The notes: a model not told the origin generated them from the sequence alone. A stretch of 32,000 nucleotides of DNA from Bellilinea caldifistulae (GCF_001306055.1 NZ_LGHJ01000008.1:30001-62000); one strand, 5' to 3'; counted from the first letter of the stretch, positions 18,785-26,143 are shown. Made by a program: numbers and translations.

Positions 18785-19186
18785 ATGACCGACACGCCGA
18801 TCGATTTCGCAAAGAAACTGAACACGCTTTTTGAGACCAAAATCAAACCGGATGGAACCAAGTACACACAAGAGGAGGTGATCCAGGGAACCAAGGGTGT
18901 GCTAACCCGAGCCTATCTATGGAAACTGCGCACCGGGCGCGCTAAGAACCCCGGATTTAACGTCGTTCAGGCTTTAGCCGATTTCTTCGACATTGATATC
19001 AATTATTTTCGGGTTTCTGAAGACGAAGAGAAAGCGCTGCTCGAAAAAGCGCGACGAAACAAACTCGTGAGCGAGGTTGCATTACGGGCAAGCATGTTTA
19101 GCGAAGAAACCGTGCTGGCCATTATCAATATGATGGAATACATTGAAAAAAACCGTTCAGAGAAAGGCGAATCACAGGAGACTTGA
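18785..19186 (+). CDS. EspR-like (XRE-family) HTH nucleoid-associated/transcription regulator
   Basis: 133 aa. FAKKLNTLFETKIKPDGTKYTQEEV...YLWKLRTGRAKNPGFNVVQALADFFDIDINYF parallels M. tuberculosis EspR as I recall it from memory (FAARLNRLFDTVYPPGRGPHTSAEV...YLSQLRSGNRTNPSGATMAALANFFRIKAAYF). The length matches. Confidence 0.8.
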   Translation: MTDTPIDFAKKLNTLFETKIKPDGTKYTQEEVIQGTKGVLTRAYLWKLRTGRAKNPGFNVVQALADFFDIDINYFRVSEDEEKALLEKARRNKLVSEVALRASMFSEETVLAIINMMEYIEKNRSEKGESQET

Positions 19187-19717
19187 GTGGTGAACCCCAG
19201 ATTAAAATCCGAGAAAATTCTGGCAGATCTTCAATACAATTTTCAGGACTTCACGATTGACCATTTCATCAAGTGGATTGGGGAACTGAAGAGTCGCCGG
19301 ATTTTATCTTACCCTCTCAATATGTCGGCTGGGTTGTTTGGCGCCTGGTTGACGGACGATGAGGAACCGAATGAGTATATTTTCTATCGCGCCGACGTCC
19401 CCCCAATGCATCAAATCCACATCCAGCTCCATGAGTTGGCGCATTTTCTATTAGGACACCCAACGCTGCATATCACCCGTGAGCTACTGGCCGCTGCGTT
19501 ACGTGGGGAGGGGGAATTGCCATTTAATGAATTGGCCCGTTTGCGCTCGACCTTGAAACCGGAGGACTCGCGATCCATTCGCGAGGTCGAGTCGGAGATC
19601 CTGGCCTCTGTCATTCAGGAGCAGATCATCCGGCACTCACAACTTGATCAGCTAACCAGGGGCATCTCTTCCGATAAGAATATTGCTAATTATCTCAAGG
19701 ATCTTGGGATGATTTGA
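19187..19717 (+). CDS. ImmA/IrrE-like (DUF955) Zn-metallopeptidase
   Basis: 176 aa with a HExxH motif in QLHELAHFLLGH. The GTG start directly abuts the upstream stop. The pairing with an XRE/EspR-type HTH is typical. Confidence 0.7.
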   Translation: MVNPRLKSEKILADLQYNFQDFTIDHFIKWIGELKSRRILSYPLNMSAGLFGAWLTDDEEPNEYIFYRADVPPMHQIHIQLHELAHFLLGHPTLHITRELLAAALRGEGELPFNELARLRSTLKPEDSRSIREVESEILASVIQEQIIRHSQLDQLTRGISSDKNIANYLKDLGMI

Positions 19718-20850
19718 TGAACGCGGCGGTTGAGATTTCTCTGTGCATCCTGGCCTGGCTGGTCGCGCTGATCCGTCTGCCTTCCGTTTTGGAGAGCAAC
19801 GCATGGAGATCGGATCGCATCGCTTTCCGCATTTGGATCGCCACGTTTTTCTTCGCCTTGACCATGACCTTCCTGGTGACGCCGATAGGCGATGCGATCA
19901 ACCGCTTAACTGCGCCCAATTTTTCACGTCTGCTGGCCTACTGCTCGGTTGCTTTTACCCTGTATTTGACAACCTCATCCTCAATGGCCACATTTTCAAC
20001 GCCCAAAAATGCGCGCCAACTTCGCTATCTCAAACCTTACCTGCTGTTTACCCTTGGGCTGTTGACTGTCATTTATGTGTTTTTCGTCTCCCACACGTCC
20101 CGCTGGGTGGAGGAGCCCACACCGGCAACGGCTGCGGAAATGGCTTTCAAGCTGACCCTGTTTTCGTATGCAACGATTTTGTGCATCCTGATGGCGTTAG
20201 CCTGCTACCGCTATCTGGAGCAGGAAATGGTGGCGGTTACGAAATACCGGATCATCGCCATCATCCTGACAGCTTCAGGTGGCGCGGCCTTCTTCTTTAC
20301 CAAAACGATCCTCGCTCTCGGTTACCTCTGGACGCCGCTTGGCTCTCCCTCGATCCATACGATGTCCAAGGCTCTGATGACTGCCACTGCGATGTTGTGG
20401 GCTGGGTCGTTTTTGCACAACAATGTCTATACTCGTGCGCTCTCGATTTTCCGCGGGTTTCGATATTGGCTTGCCTATCAAGATCTTTCTTACCTGGTCA
20501 AATCCCTGGATCGTTACTGCCCCCCAGTGGCATTCATCGAAGAAAAGCCTTCTTTTGGCGGCTTCATGCGCAGATCTGAGTATTACCTGTACCGGGCAAC
20601 GATCCGGATTTTCGATGGGAAAGCATTCATCGGTGATATTCTGAATAGAGAAAAAGGCAAGGAACTCCCCAAAGGGTGGACAGATCTTACCCTCGAAGAG
20701 GCAAATCAAATCTTCCAGGCGTTGAAAAATATCTACGCCGTGGGGGATTTTTGGGATATCGTCCGCAGTTTCAGGATCGCGAGTAGAAATTTAGCGCGCT
20801 CTCGGTCTTTTGGCGCTCAGGAGGCGTACGGTTGGCGACCACAGTCATGA
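19717..20850 (+). CDS. Polytopic membrane protein with a cytosolic C-terminal domain, possibly a MAB_1171c-type putative transporter
   Basis: The N-terminal 240 aa or so contain several hydrophobic helices. The C-terminal 130 aa or so are soluble. The ATG at 19717 overlaps the upstream TGA (TGATG); the track start at 19714 is a TTG. The family name is from memory of actinobacterial HTH/ImmA neighbourhoods and is unverified. Confidence 0.65.
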   Translation: MNAAVEISLCILAWLVALIRLPSVLESNAWRSDRIAFRIWIATFFFALTMTFLVTPIGDAINRLTAPNFSRLLAYCSVAFTLYLTTSSSMATFSTPKNARQLRYLKPYLLFTLGLLTVIYVFFVSHTSRWVEEPTPATAAEMAFKLTLFSYATILCILMALACYRYLEQEMVAVTKYRIIAIILTASGGAAFFFTKTILALGYLWTPLGSPSIHTMSKALMTATAMLWAGSFLHNNVYTRALSIFRGFRYWLAYQDLSYLVKSLDRYCPPVAFIEEKPSFGGFMRRSEYYLYRATIRIFDGKAFIGDILNREKGKELPKGWTDLTLEEANQIFQALKNIYAVGDFWDIVRSFRIASRNLARSRSFGAQEAYGWRPQS

Positions 20851-21437
20851 ACGCTGCAACCGCCGATAAGCTCGCCGAGGTTGTCTCTTACGTCTTTCAC
20901 CCCCTCCTCGTCGTCATCCCCACCCTGGTGATCGCCATGGTGCGCCTGGGCAGCACCCTTGGGCAGGCGATTTTCTGGACGGTATTGTCGATCGTGAGCG
21001 TGAACGTGCCAATGGCAATATTGTTGTTCTGGGGTGTTCGCTCCGGCAAGTATTCCGACGCCAGTGTATCGATTCGTGAGCAGCGCACCAGCATCTACGC
21101 CGTCGGCGGCGCCTGCCTGGTGATTCTGCTGGCTGTGCTGATCATCGGCAAAGCTCCGGTGATTATCATAGCCTGCCTGATCTCAGCGGTGATTGCCACC
21201 GCGATCGGTTATTGGGTCAATCGCCACACCAAGCTCAGCCTGCACTCGGCAGCGATGGCGGGCTGCACTGCGGTGTTGCTGTGGACGGTTCCGCTGATCG
21301 GCGTGATCATGGCGGTATTTGCCCCGCTGGTCGGCTGGGCGCGCATTCGACTAAAGCATCACACCCCGGTTCAAATTCTGATTGGATGGATGGTGTCTAT
21401 GATTTGTGTGTTTGTGGTCTTTCAACTGATGCTGTAA
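20847..21437 (+). CDS. PAP2-superfamily-like integral membrane protein
   Basis: The ATG at 20847 overlaps the upstream TGA (ATGA). There are about 6 TM segments. The PAP2 motifs are degenerate: KYSDASVSIREQR, SLHS and ARIRLKHHTPVQILIG. Confidence 0.5.
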   Translation: MNAATADKLAEVVSYVFHPLLVVIPTLVIAMVRLGSTLGQAIFWTVLSIVSVNVPMAILLFWGVRSGKYSDASVSIREQRTSIYAVGGACLVILLAVLIIGKAPVIIIACLISAVIATAIGYWVNRHTKLSLHSAAMAGCTAVLLWTVPLIGVIMAVFAPLVGWARIRLKHHTPVQILIGWMVSMICVFVVFQLML

Positions 21438-21466
21438 TTCCGGCATGATCGCCGGATGAAATAAAA

Positions 21467-21502
21467 GGACGGCCGCTAACTGGTCAAGGTCGCCGGCCGT
21501 CC
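21467..21502. terminator. GC-rich hairpin between the PAP2-like and SSB-like genes
   Basis: GGACGGCCG (21467-21475) pairs with CGGCCGTCC (21494-21502), with an 18 nt loop. The U-tract (TTTTATTT) lies on the minus-strand side only. A second 5 bp hairpin, CCGGC/GCCGG, lies at about 21440-21455. Confidence 0.3.
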
Positions 21503-21599
21503 GGGTGAGCAGGTGTTCATGGCGTTTCCGCCACGGATCGCTGCCCGCTTTAATTATAACCGATTTGGTAGTGAAGCTCCTCTTCTCAGGAGGCGGTAC

Positions 21600-22079
21600 A
21601 TGGCAAGAAACAATCACGTCTGGGTCAAAGGCGACATCACCGGGGATATCTATTTCGATATCCTGAAGCTGGATGGCAAGGAGGTCCAATACCTGCGCAT
21701 GTACCTGATGATCAAAGGCGTCAAGGGCGCCAACGGCGTCAAAGGTCTGCGGGTCTGTGTGTACGGACCGCTGGCTGAGCTGGTCTATGGTCATGTTCAC
21801 AAAGGCAGCCGGATTGGGGTCATCGGTCATATCCAGCAGCGCAACCTGCGGGATGGAAAGATGGTGTTTGAGATTGTCGCCGTTGAAGTGGATTTTTTGC
21901 GCAATATCGAGTGGCAAACCGGAGAGCGAGTGCGACAGGACCTGGTGCAGCGCGGTTTGCTGCGCTCATCCCATCGGGATGAAGACAACGGCGGGGGTGG
22001 CGTCACAGACTACGCCGACCTCTCCGAGCACCTCAGCGTTGCCGTTCCGGAGGATTTGATCGAAGATGAACAAGCCTGA
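21600..22079 (+). CDS. ssb: Single-stranded DNA-binding (OB-fold) protein, SSB-like
   Basis: An internal ATG at 21600 lies 6 nt after AGGAGG. NHVWVKGDITGD...LRVCVYGPLAE...HKGSRIGVIGHIQQRN...FEIVAVEVDFL follows the SSB OB-fold pattern. The tail is acidic (EDLIEDEQA). Confidence 0.65.
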   Translation: MARNNHVWVKGDITGDIYFDILKLDGKEVQYLRMYLMIKGVKGANGVKGLRVCVYGPLAELVYGHVHKGSRIGVIGHIQQRNLRDGKMVFEIVAVEVDFLRNIEWQTGERVRQDLVQRGLLRSSHRDEDNGGGGVTDYADLSEHLSVAVPEDLIEDEQA

Positions 22080-22581
22080 AGAGATCACGATTTCCATCTG
22101 GGTGCTCATCCTCCCTGCCCTGGCGATTCTGTTGGGGATTGGCTGGTTTGCCTCGCCGCGCGACGAGAACAACCGCCCGCTGTTGCTGCTACCAGATGTC
22201 AAAGCGGTAGAGGAATACCGGCGGCTGGCAAACCACTGGAGGGATGAGTTACGGCTGGTGGATGGTGAGATTGCCCTGATCCTGGCCAGCAATACATCCG
22301 ATTTATTCAGCCGATCTCGCCAGGCGCAGAACACCCTGGAGCACAACCTGCGCATCATTCAGGAGATTGACCGTCATGACCCCCCGGCAACGCTGGTGGG
22401 TTTACAGGAAGAGCTCAAGCTGGTTTCGCAATCTTATCTGGAAGCCTCGCGCCTGGCGCTGCGCTGGCTCAGTTTGCCCGATCCCGCTAACCACGATCAG
22501 GCACAAAATAAGCTGGTCGAATCCCGAAACATGCTGAGCGACATGGAGGCGAGCCAATGGCTGGAGAAGAGATCACCATAG
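22066..22581 (+). CDS. Membrane-anchored hypothetical protein
   Basis: 171 aa with one N-terminal TM helix (ISIWVLILPALAILLGIGWF). It overlaps the ssb-like stop by 14 nt and the next gene by 25 nt. Confidence 0.55.
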   Translation: MNKPEEITISIWVLILPALAILLGIGWFASPRDENNRPLLLLPDVKAVEEYRRLANHWRDELRLVDGEIALILASNTSDLFSRSRQAQNTLEHNLRIIQEIDRHDPPATLVGLQEELKLVSQSYLEASRLALRWLSLPDPANHDQAQNKLVESRNMLSDMEASQWLEKRSP

Positions 22582-23816
22582 AGAACCTGCGCCAGTTGCT
22601 GTCGATCCAGACCGATCTGCGCGAGCAGGCTGAAACGCGCTGGCGCAAGGCTCAACGCGTGCTGGTATCGTTGTTGGAAACCTTTGCGCCAGAAGAAGTG
22701 GATCAGCGCCTGAAAAACGGACGCCCGCTCGACCACCTGCCGGTGGATGAGCTGGAGCAGTTGGTGCGCCAGCAGGTGGGCAACCGCCTGCACCAGGTAC
22801 AGCGCTTATTGAACGACAGCCAAACCGCCCAGCGCCTTCAAAACCTGCGCGAGCAATTAGAAAAATTGATAGCCCAAAATGAGGAACTCCAGAAAGAGAA
22901 CAAGCAGTTACAAGACCGGATTAACCGTCTGGACGCTAAGAAGATCGATATGCTAGACCAGCTCGCAGCGCTGCGCGCTGTATCTCAGGAGAAACAACAA
23001 ATTATGGCAGAACAAAAATCGGGCATTTCTGACCAGAATGAAAGCGATCCGCCTGAGCCTGCCTGGATGGCGATCTGGCGGCAGGTAGAGACCTTCGAGC
23101 GCGACGCCAGCGTCCTGAAGATGATTGCCGAGACTGGCCTGGCGCGCCGCCCGGTGATCGAAGCCCAGGCAGCCGAACTGCTCGGCATCAAAAAAGCCGG
23201 CGGCAGCCTCCAGGCTTTGATGACCCGACTGGAGGATCTCCACCTGATCGAGAGATTCCGCCCGTGGACGACGGATGGCGCCGGCACCGGCGGCAAATTT
23301 CCGGACCTGGTGCGCCTGACCGATCAGGGTCGCCTGGCGTACTGGCTGCTGACTAACCAACAGCCGCAGGTGAACGAATATGATCTATTGCTCGAACGCC
23401 ATGTTTCGCCGGAGCACACCCTGCTCAACCTGCAGGCTGCCGATGTGCTGCGCGAGGCTGGTTACCAGGTGGACCTGACCCCGCCGGAGATAACGTTGCC
23501 GGATGGCGGCTTGTTCCGCCCCGACCTGGTGATCGTTGATGACCAGGGAGTGACCCATTTCGTGGAAGTGGAGCGCGACGTGGATAAAAACCTCGAGCAG
23601 CGCCAGGCGAAGTGGCGCAATTTCTACCAGGCCAGCGGGGGGAGGATGTTTGTGGTGTGCGACAACCGGTCGTGTATGAGGAATATCCGCAGCGAGATTA
23701 ATTACTGCCTGGGGAATAGACCGCTTGTTGTTTCACTGACCAATCTGGCGGATTTGCAAACGGGGAAACGAGGAGAGGAAGATGGTATATGGCTAGAAAC
23801 GCGAAATCGGGGGTAG
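22557..23816 (+). CDS. Coiled-coil / winged-helix / PD-(D/E)xK-like protein, replication-relaxation-like
   Basis: 419 aa. It has a long heptad-rich N-terminus (LREQLEKLIAQNEELQKENKQLQDRINRLD), a wHTH-like LLGIKKAGGSLQALMTRLEDLHLIER, and a C-terminal RPDLVIVDD...HFVEVERDVDK nuclease-fold signature. Confidence 0.55.
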   Translation: MAGEEITIENLRQLLSIQTDLREQAETRWRKAQRVLVSLLETFAPEEVDQRLKNGRPLDHLPVDELEQLVRQQVGNRLHQVQRLLNDSQTAQRLQNLREQLEKLIAQNEELQKENKQLQDRINRLDAKKIDMLDQLAALRAVSQEKQQIMAEQKSGISDQNESDPPEPAWMAIWRQVETFERDASVLKMIAETGLARRPVIEAQAAELLGIKKAGGSLQALMTRLEDLHLIERFRPWTTDGAGTGGKFPDLVRLTDQGRLAYWLLTNQQPQVNEYDLLLERHVSPEHTLLNLQAADVLREAGYQVDLTPPEITLPDGGLFRPDLVIVDDQGVTHFVEVERDVDKNLEQRQAKWRNFYQASGGRMFVVCDNRSCMRNIRSEINYCLGNRPLVVSLTNLADLQTGKRGEEDGIWLETRNRG

Positions 23817-23843
23817 TGTTTTATTGTCACAGAACAATGGGTT

Positions 23844-23903
23844 ATCTACCGGTCTGTGGTTCAGCCGCACGCGGAGCGGATCGGCTGGATGCACGGGTTA
23901 GCC
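23844..23903 (-). repeat. attC-like site c (60 bp), terminal and probably degenerate
   Basis: Minus-strand sense: GGCTAAC-CCGTGCATCC-AGCCG(AT)CCGC-TCC-GCG(T)GCGGCT-GAACCACAGACC-GGTAGAT. It starts 6 nt after the TAG of the 272 aa gene and aligns along its length with site b. The R' box has G in place of the first T of GTT. Confidence 0.5.
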
Positions 23904-23909
23904 CGCACC

Positions 23910-24728
23910 CTACTTTTCGGGAATGCGCCGGACAATAGTGCCTTTCAGAATGTCTTCAAATGAGAGTTTGCCTGTGGGTCCAAACTGAAGTACCAAAGCA
24001 AACTCGCGATTGCGGTACGTTTTGTCTAACTCTTGCCAATGGTCAATCAAATACTGGATTGCACCCATTGTTCCAATTACGCCAAGGCCAGCCCCAATAA
24101 TAATTGTGGTATCGTTGCGTGTCTGGTCAATTACCCGTTCAAGTATTGCTATATCGTGTTGATTACTGGCTGGCCGTATAACTTCGCCCTTATCCTTTCC
24201 CTTCATTACTTGGATAGCTGTTCCGTTATGAGATATTTGCAACTGGACAAGGTTATGAATGACACAGTAGTTCGTAACTACATTGTAGCCCTGACTGCCC
24301 GCAGTGATTATTGAACGAGTCGAAAAATTTATTTCACTTTCTTCCATTGGGCTTGCATTGACGCTTACAGTCAAGGGGCGGAAGAAAGCGTATTTCTCCT
24401 GTAGAGATTTTCTGACGACAGGTGGAATGTACTCGAATGCGTCGACCGTCAAGGCTTTTGCAAGTCGCGCACTGATGCTGAGTTCCTCGGTTGGGATAGT
24501 AATTCCTTGATACGAGCGCGGTAGTCCATCAAAGCCGACAGCACAACCACGCGGGATAAGGAGACTGGAAAGATAAACGACTGATTGTCTCGCTTTTTTG
24601 TCAGCTCCGAGAAAGTTGAACAGTTTGCGTTGTCTACTGAGGCTGAAAATAATGAAGCCGACGAAAGCAACGATAAACCCAATAACATATGGAGCGATTG
24701 TAAGGGTTATATCCCCGATAGATGGCAT
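23910..24728 (-). CDS. Single-pass membrane protein with a Gly-rich-loop Rossmann-like (possibly SLOG/LOG-like) domain; cargo of cassette 2
   Basis: 272 aa with an N-terminal TM helix (ITLTIAPYVIGFIVAFVGFIIF). Strand-plus-glycine-loop signatures SIITAGSQGYN and TTIIIGAGLGVIGTMGA are present. The gene is AT-rich. The domain call is pattern-based only. Confidence 0.6.
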   Translation of the reverse strand: MPSIGDITLTIAPYVIGFIVAFVGFIIFSLSRQRKLFNFLGADKKARQSVVYLSSLLIPRGCAVGFDGLPRSYQGITIPTEELSISARLAKALTVDAFEYIPPVVRKSLQEKYAFFRPLTVSVNASPMEESEINFSTRSIITAGSQGYNVVTNYCVIHNLVQLQISHNGTAIQVMKGKDKGEVIRPASNQHDIAILERVIDQTRNDTTIIIGAGLGVIGTMGAIQYLIDHWQELDKTYRNREFALVLQFGPTGKLSFEDILKGTIVRRIPEK

Positions 24729-24768
24729 AAAGACCAGACCTTTCTGAAGACTACGATTGCAGCGAGCA

Positions 24769-24832
24769 GGCTAACGATTTACGCTCGAGCCGCAGCGCTG
24801 AAGTCGCTGTCGGCTCAAAGCGCGGGTTAGCC
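24769..24832 (-). repeat. attC-like site b (64 bp)
   Basis: Minus-strand sense: GGCTAAC-CCGCGCTTT-GAGCCG(A)CAGCG-ACTTCAG-CGCTGCGGCTC-GAGCGTAAATC-GTTAGCC. The outer 7-mers are perfectly complementary and fit RYYYAAC/GTTRRRY except for one position each. The TAA stop of the 302 aa gene (24827-24829) lies inside GGCTAAC. The 5' arm carries one bulged base. Confidence 0.6.
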
Positions 24833-25735
24833 GCTGTGCTCTTTAACTGGAGCCTTATCGTTGGAGCGCTGAGCCTCATAAAGCCAAAAATTCACTGGGA
24901 ACCGCGGGTCATATGTTTTGAACCCACGCGATGATGTCAGCCCTACGCGAAGCCTGTGATTCTTGCAACGCTCATTGAGGTATTTGATAACACAAAATCT
25001 TTCGCGCTCGCTGTTACTAAGGCTAACATTTGTGTTTGAGCCGAATTCAAAGGTTAATTGCCCCTGCTCAGTAGGTAACCAAGACATATATCTTGAGTGT
25101 GTTAAGTACGAATACGCTCCGATACCTGCAAAAAGATCCGCCACTTGGCAAATGGGCTCTTTTGCTGATACGACTTCGCGAATTTGCAAAATCTGAAATT
25201 CATGTAAGAGGCGAATACTAAAGGGTTGTTGACCAAATAGATCGGTGTTTATGCTTATCGTAAGGCCTGCACTATCTAGATAATCCTGAACACTTGCCCA
25301 ATCTAGGGCTGAATTCTGATCAGGGAAAAGATACCACCTGCTTTCAGAAGGCCATCTATGCTGCAATACATTCTTGAAGAGATGGTAGTACATTCTCTCA
25401 ATGTTCGCTATGTCATCTCTGCCGCGGATCTGGTGACGGCTATCTTGCGTATCCCATATCAACACATCTATCCGTAGATGATTGCAGACAGCCAACCTTA
25501 TAGCAACATCAATGATTTTGAAGGCAGCAAAACGCTCGCGTGCTTGTCGAAGTTTAGCCCATTTGAATTCTCTTATTTCTGAACTTTCGATGCATTCGCG
25601 AAATGTTTGTTTGATCTTGTCATGATTTTCAGCCGCAAAGGTAACAACTGCGATACTACGATACCGTTCTTTGGTGTAGTAGGATTCGTCAGCATACGCT
25701 ATGTGTGTGGCAACTATGTCAATGTTCATTATCAT
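24827..25735 (-). CDS. DUF3800-like protein; cargo of cassette 1
   Basis: 302 aa. N-terminal IAYADESYY and C-terminal CQVADLFAGIGAY resemble the DUF3800 DESG...Q-ADl signature as I remember it. The gene is AT-rich and has no obvious SD. Confidence 0.6.
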   Translation of the reverse strand: MIMNIDIVATHIAYADESYYTKERYRSIAVVTFAAENHDKIKQTFRECIESSEIREFKWAKLRQARERFAAFKIIDVAIRLAVCNHLRIDVLIWDTQDSRHQIRGRDDIANIERMYYHLFKNVLQHRWPSESRWYLFPDQNSALDWASVQDYLDSAGLTISINTDLFGQQPFSIRLLHEFQILQIREVVSAKEPICQVADLFAGIGAYSYLTHSRYMSWLPTEQGQLTFEFGSNTNVSLSNSERERFCVIKYLNERCKNHRLRVGLTSSRGFKTYDPRFPVNFWLYEAQRSNDKAPVKEHSG

Positions 25736-25760
25736 AATCTGGTTGGCATCGGTGGAAGGC

Positions 25761-25845
25761 GGCTAACAAATTAATAATTGATGTGGCGGTCAGTGCCAAT
25801 GCCGAAGCCCAAATCAACTTGCCGCCACATCAATCCGAGTTGAGC
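25761..25845 (-). repeat. attC-like site a (85 bp)
   Basis: Minus-strand sense: GCTCAAC-TCGG-ATTGATGTGGCGG-(32 nt)-CCGCCACATCAAT-TATTAATTT-GTTAGCC. GCTCAAC fits RYYYAAC exactly. The 13 bp arms are perfect (25777-25789 and 25822-25834). GTTAGCC lies 31 nt upstream of the 302 aa ORF. Confidence 0.5.
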
Positions 25846-25875
25846 TAAGCCGTTTTATACAACACCTCCAGCTAT

Positions 25876-25904
25876 TAGAGGATTTAAAGCACACTGTCAA
25901 GTCA
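25876..25904 (-). promoter_or_regulatory. Weak candidate promoter reading into the cassette array
   Basis: On the minus strand, TTGACA, a 17 nt spacer, then TAATAG, upstream of site a. The -10 element is poor (3/6). Confidence 0.2.
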
Positions 25905-26066
25905 GCTCCGCGGTCAAACTGGTGATTATGAATGAATTTTAACCAAAAAACCATTCGGCGCAAGCAGGAAACCGGGCAAAAGAGCCGTTTGAAAGAATTT
26001 GGCTTTGATTGAAGTCTCTGAAGCTTGGGAGCAGGACGGATAGGTCATTTTTGTCTGAATCATGGT

Positions 26067-26143
26067 TGGTTCAAACCCCCTGGTATAAACCCGGAACACA
26101 CCTGGTTTAAACCGGGGTAACGGCTTAAGGAGGGTTTGAACCA
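26067..26143. repeat. 12 bp perfect inverted repeat enclosing two direct repeats, in an ORF-free AT-rich spacer
   Basis: TGGTTCAAACCC (26067-26078) and GGGTTTGAACCA (26132-26143). The 53 nt loop holds CCTGGTATAAACCCGG and CCTGGTTTAAACCGGG (13/16 identical) and the palindrome GGTTTAAACC. Confidence 0.6.

Noticed and set aside
18467-18871. 134 aa minus-strand ORF across the divergent intergenic region
   Set aside because: It spans both candidate promoters and the start of the EspR-like gene. It has no SD and no recognisable motif, and its composition is that of an AT-rich non-coding spacer.
19743-20709. Alternative-frame and antisense ORFs (19743-20579 plus strand, 20275-20709 minus strand) inside the membrane-protein gene
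   Set aside because: The frame starting at 19717 encodes regular hydrophobic helices and is coupled to both neighbours. The alternative frames give Pro/Arg/Gly-rich products.
21351-21917. 188 aa minus-strand ORF opposite the SSB-like gene
   Set aside because: The plus-strand frame has an OB-fold/SSB pattern and an AGGAGG SD. The antisense product has no motif.
26061-26085. GGTTCAAACCC resembles a tRNA T-arm/T-loop (GGTTCGAATCC)
   Set aside because: The flanking bases cannot form a 5 bp T-stem, and I found no acceptor or anticodon stem on either strand. The motif is one arm of a 12 bp inverted repeat.
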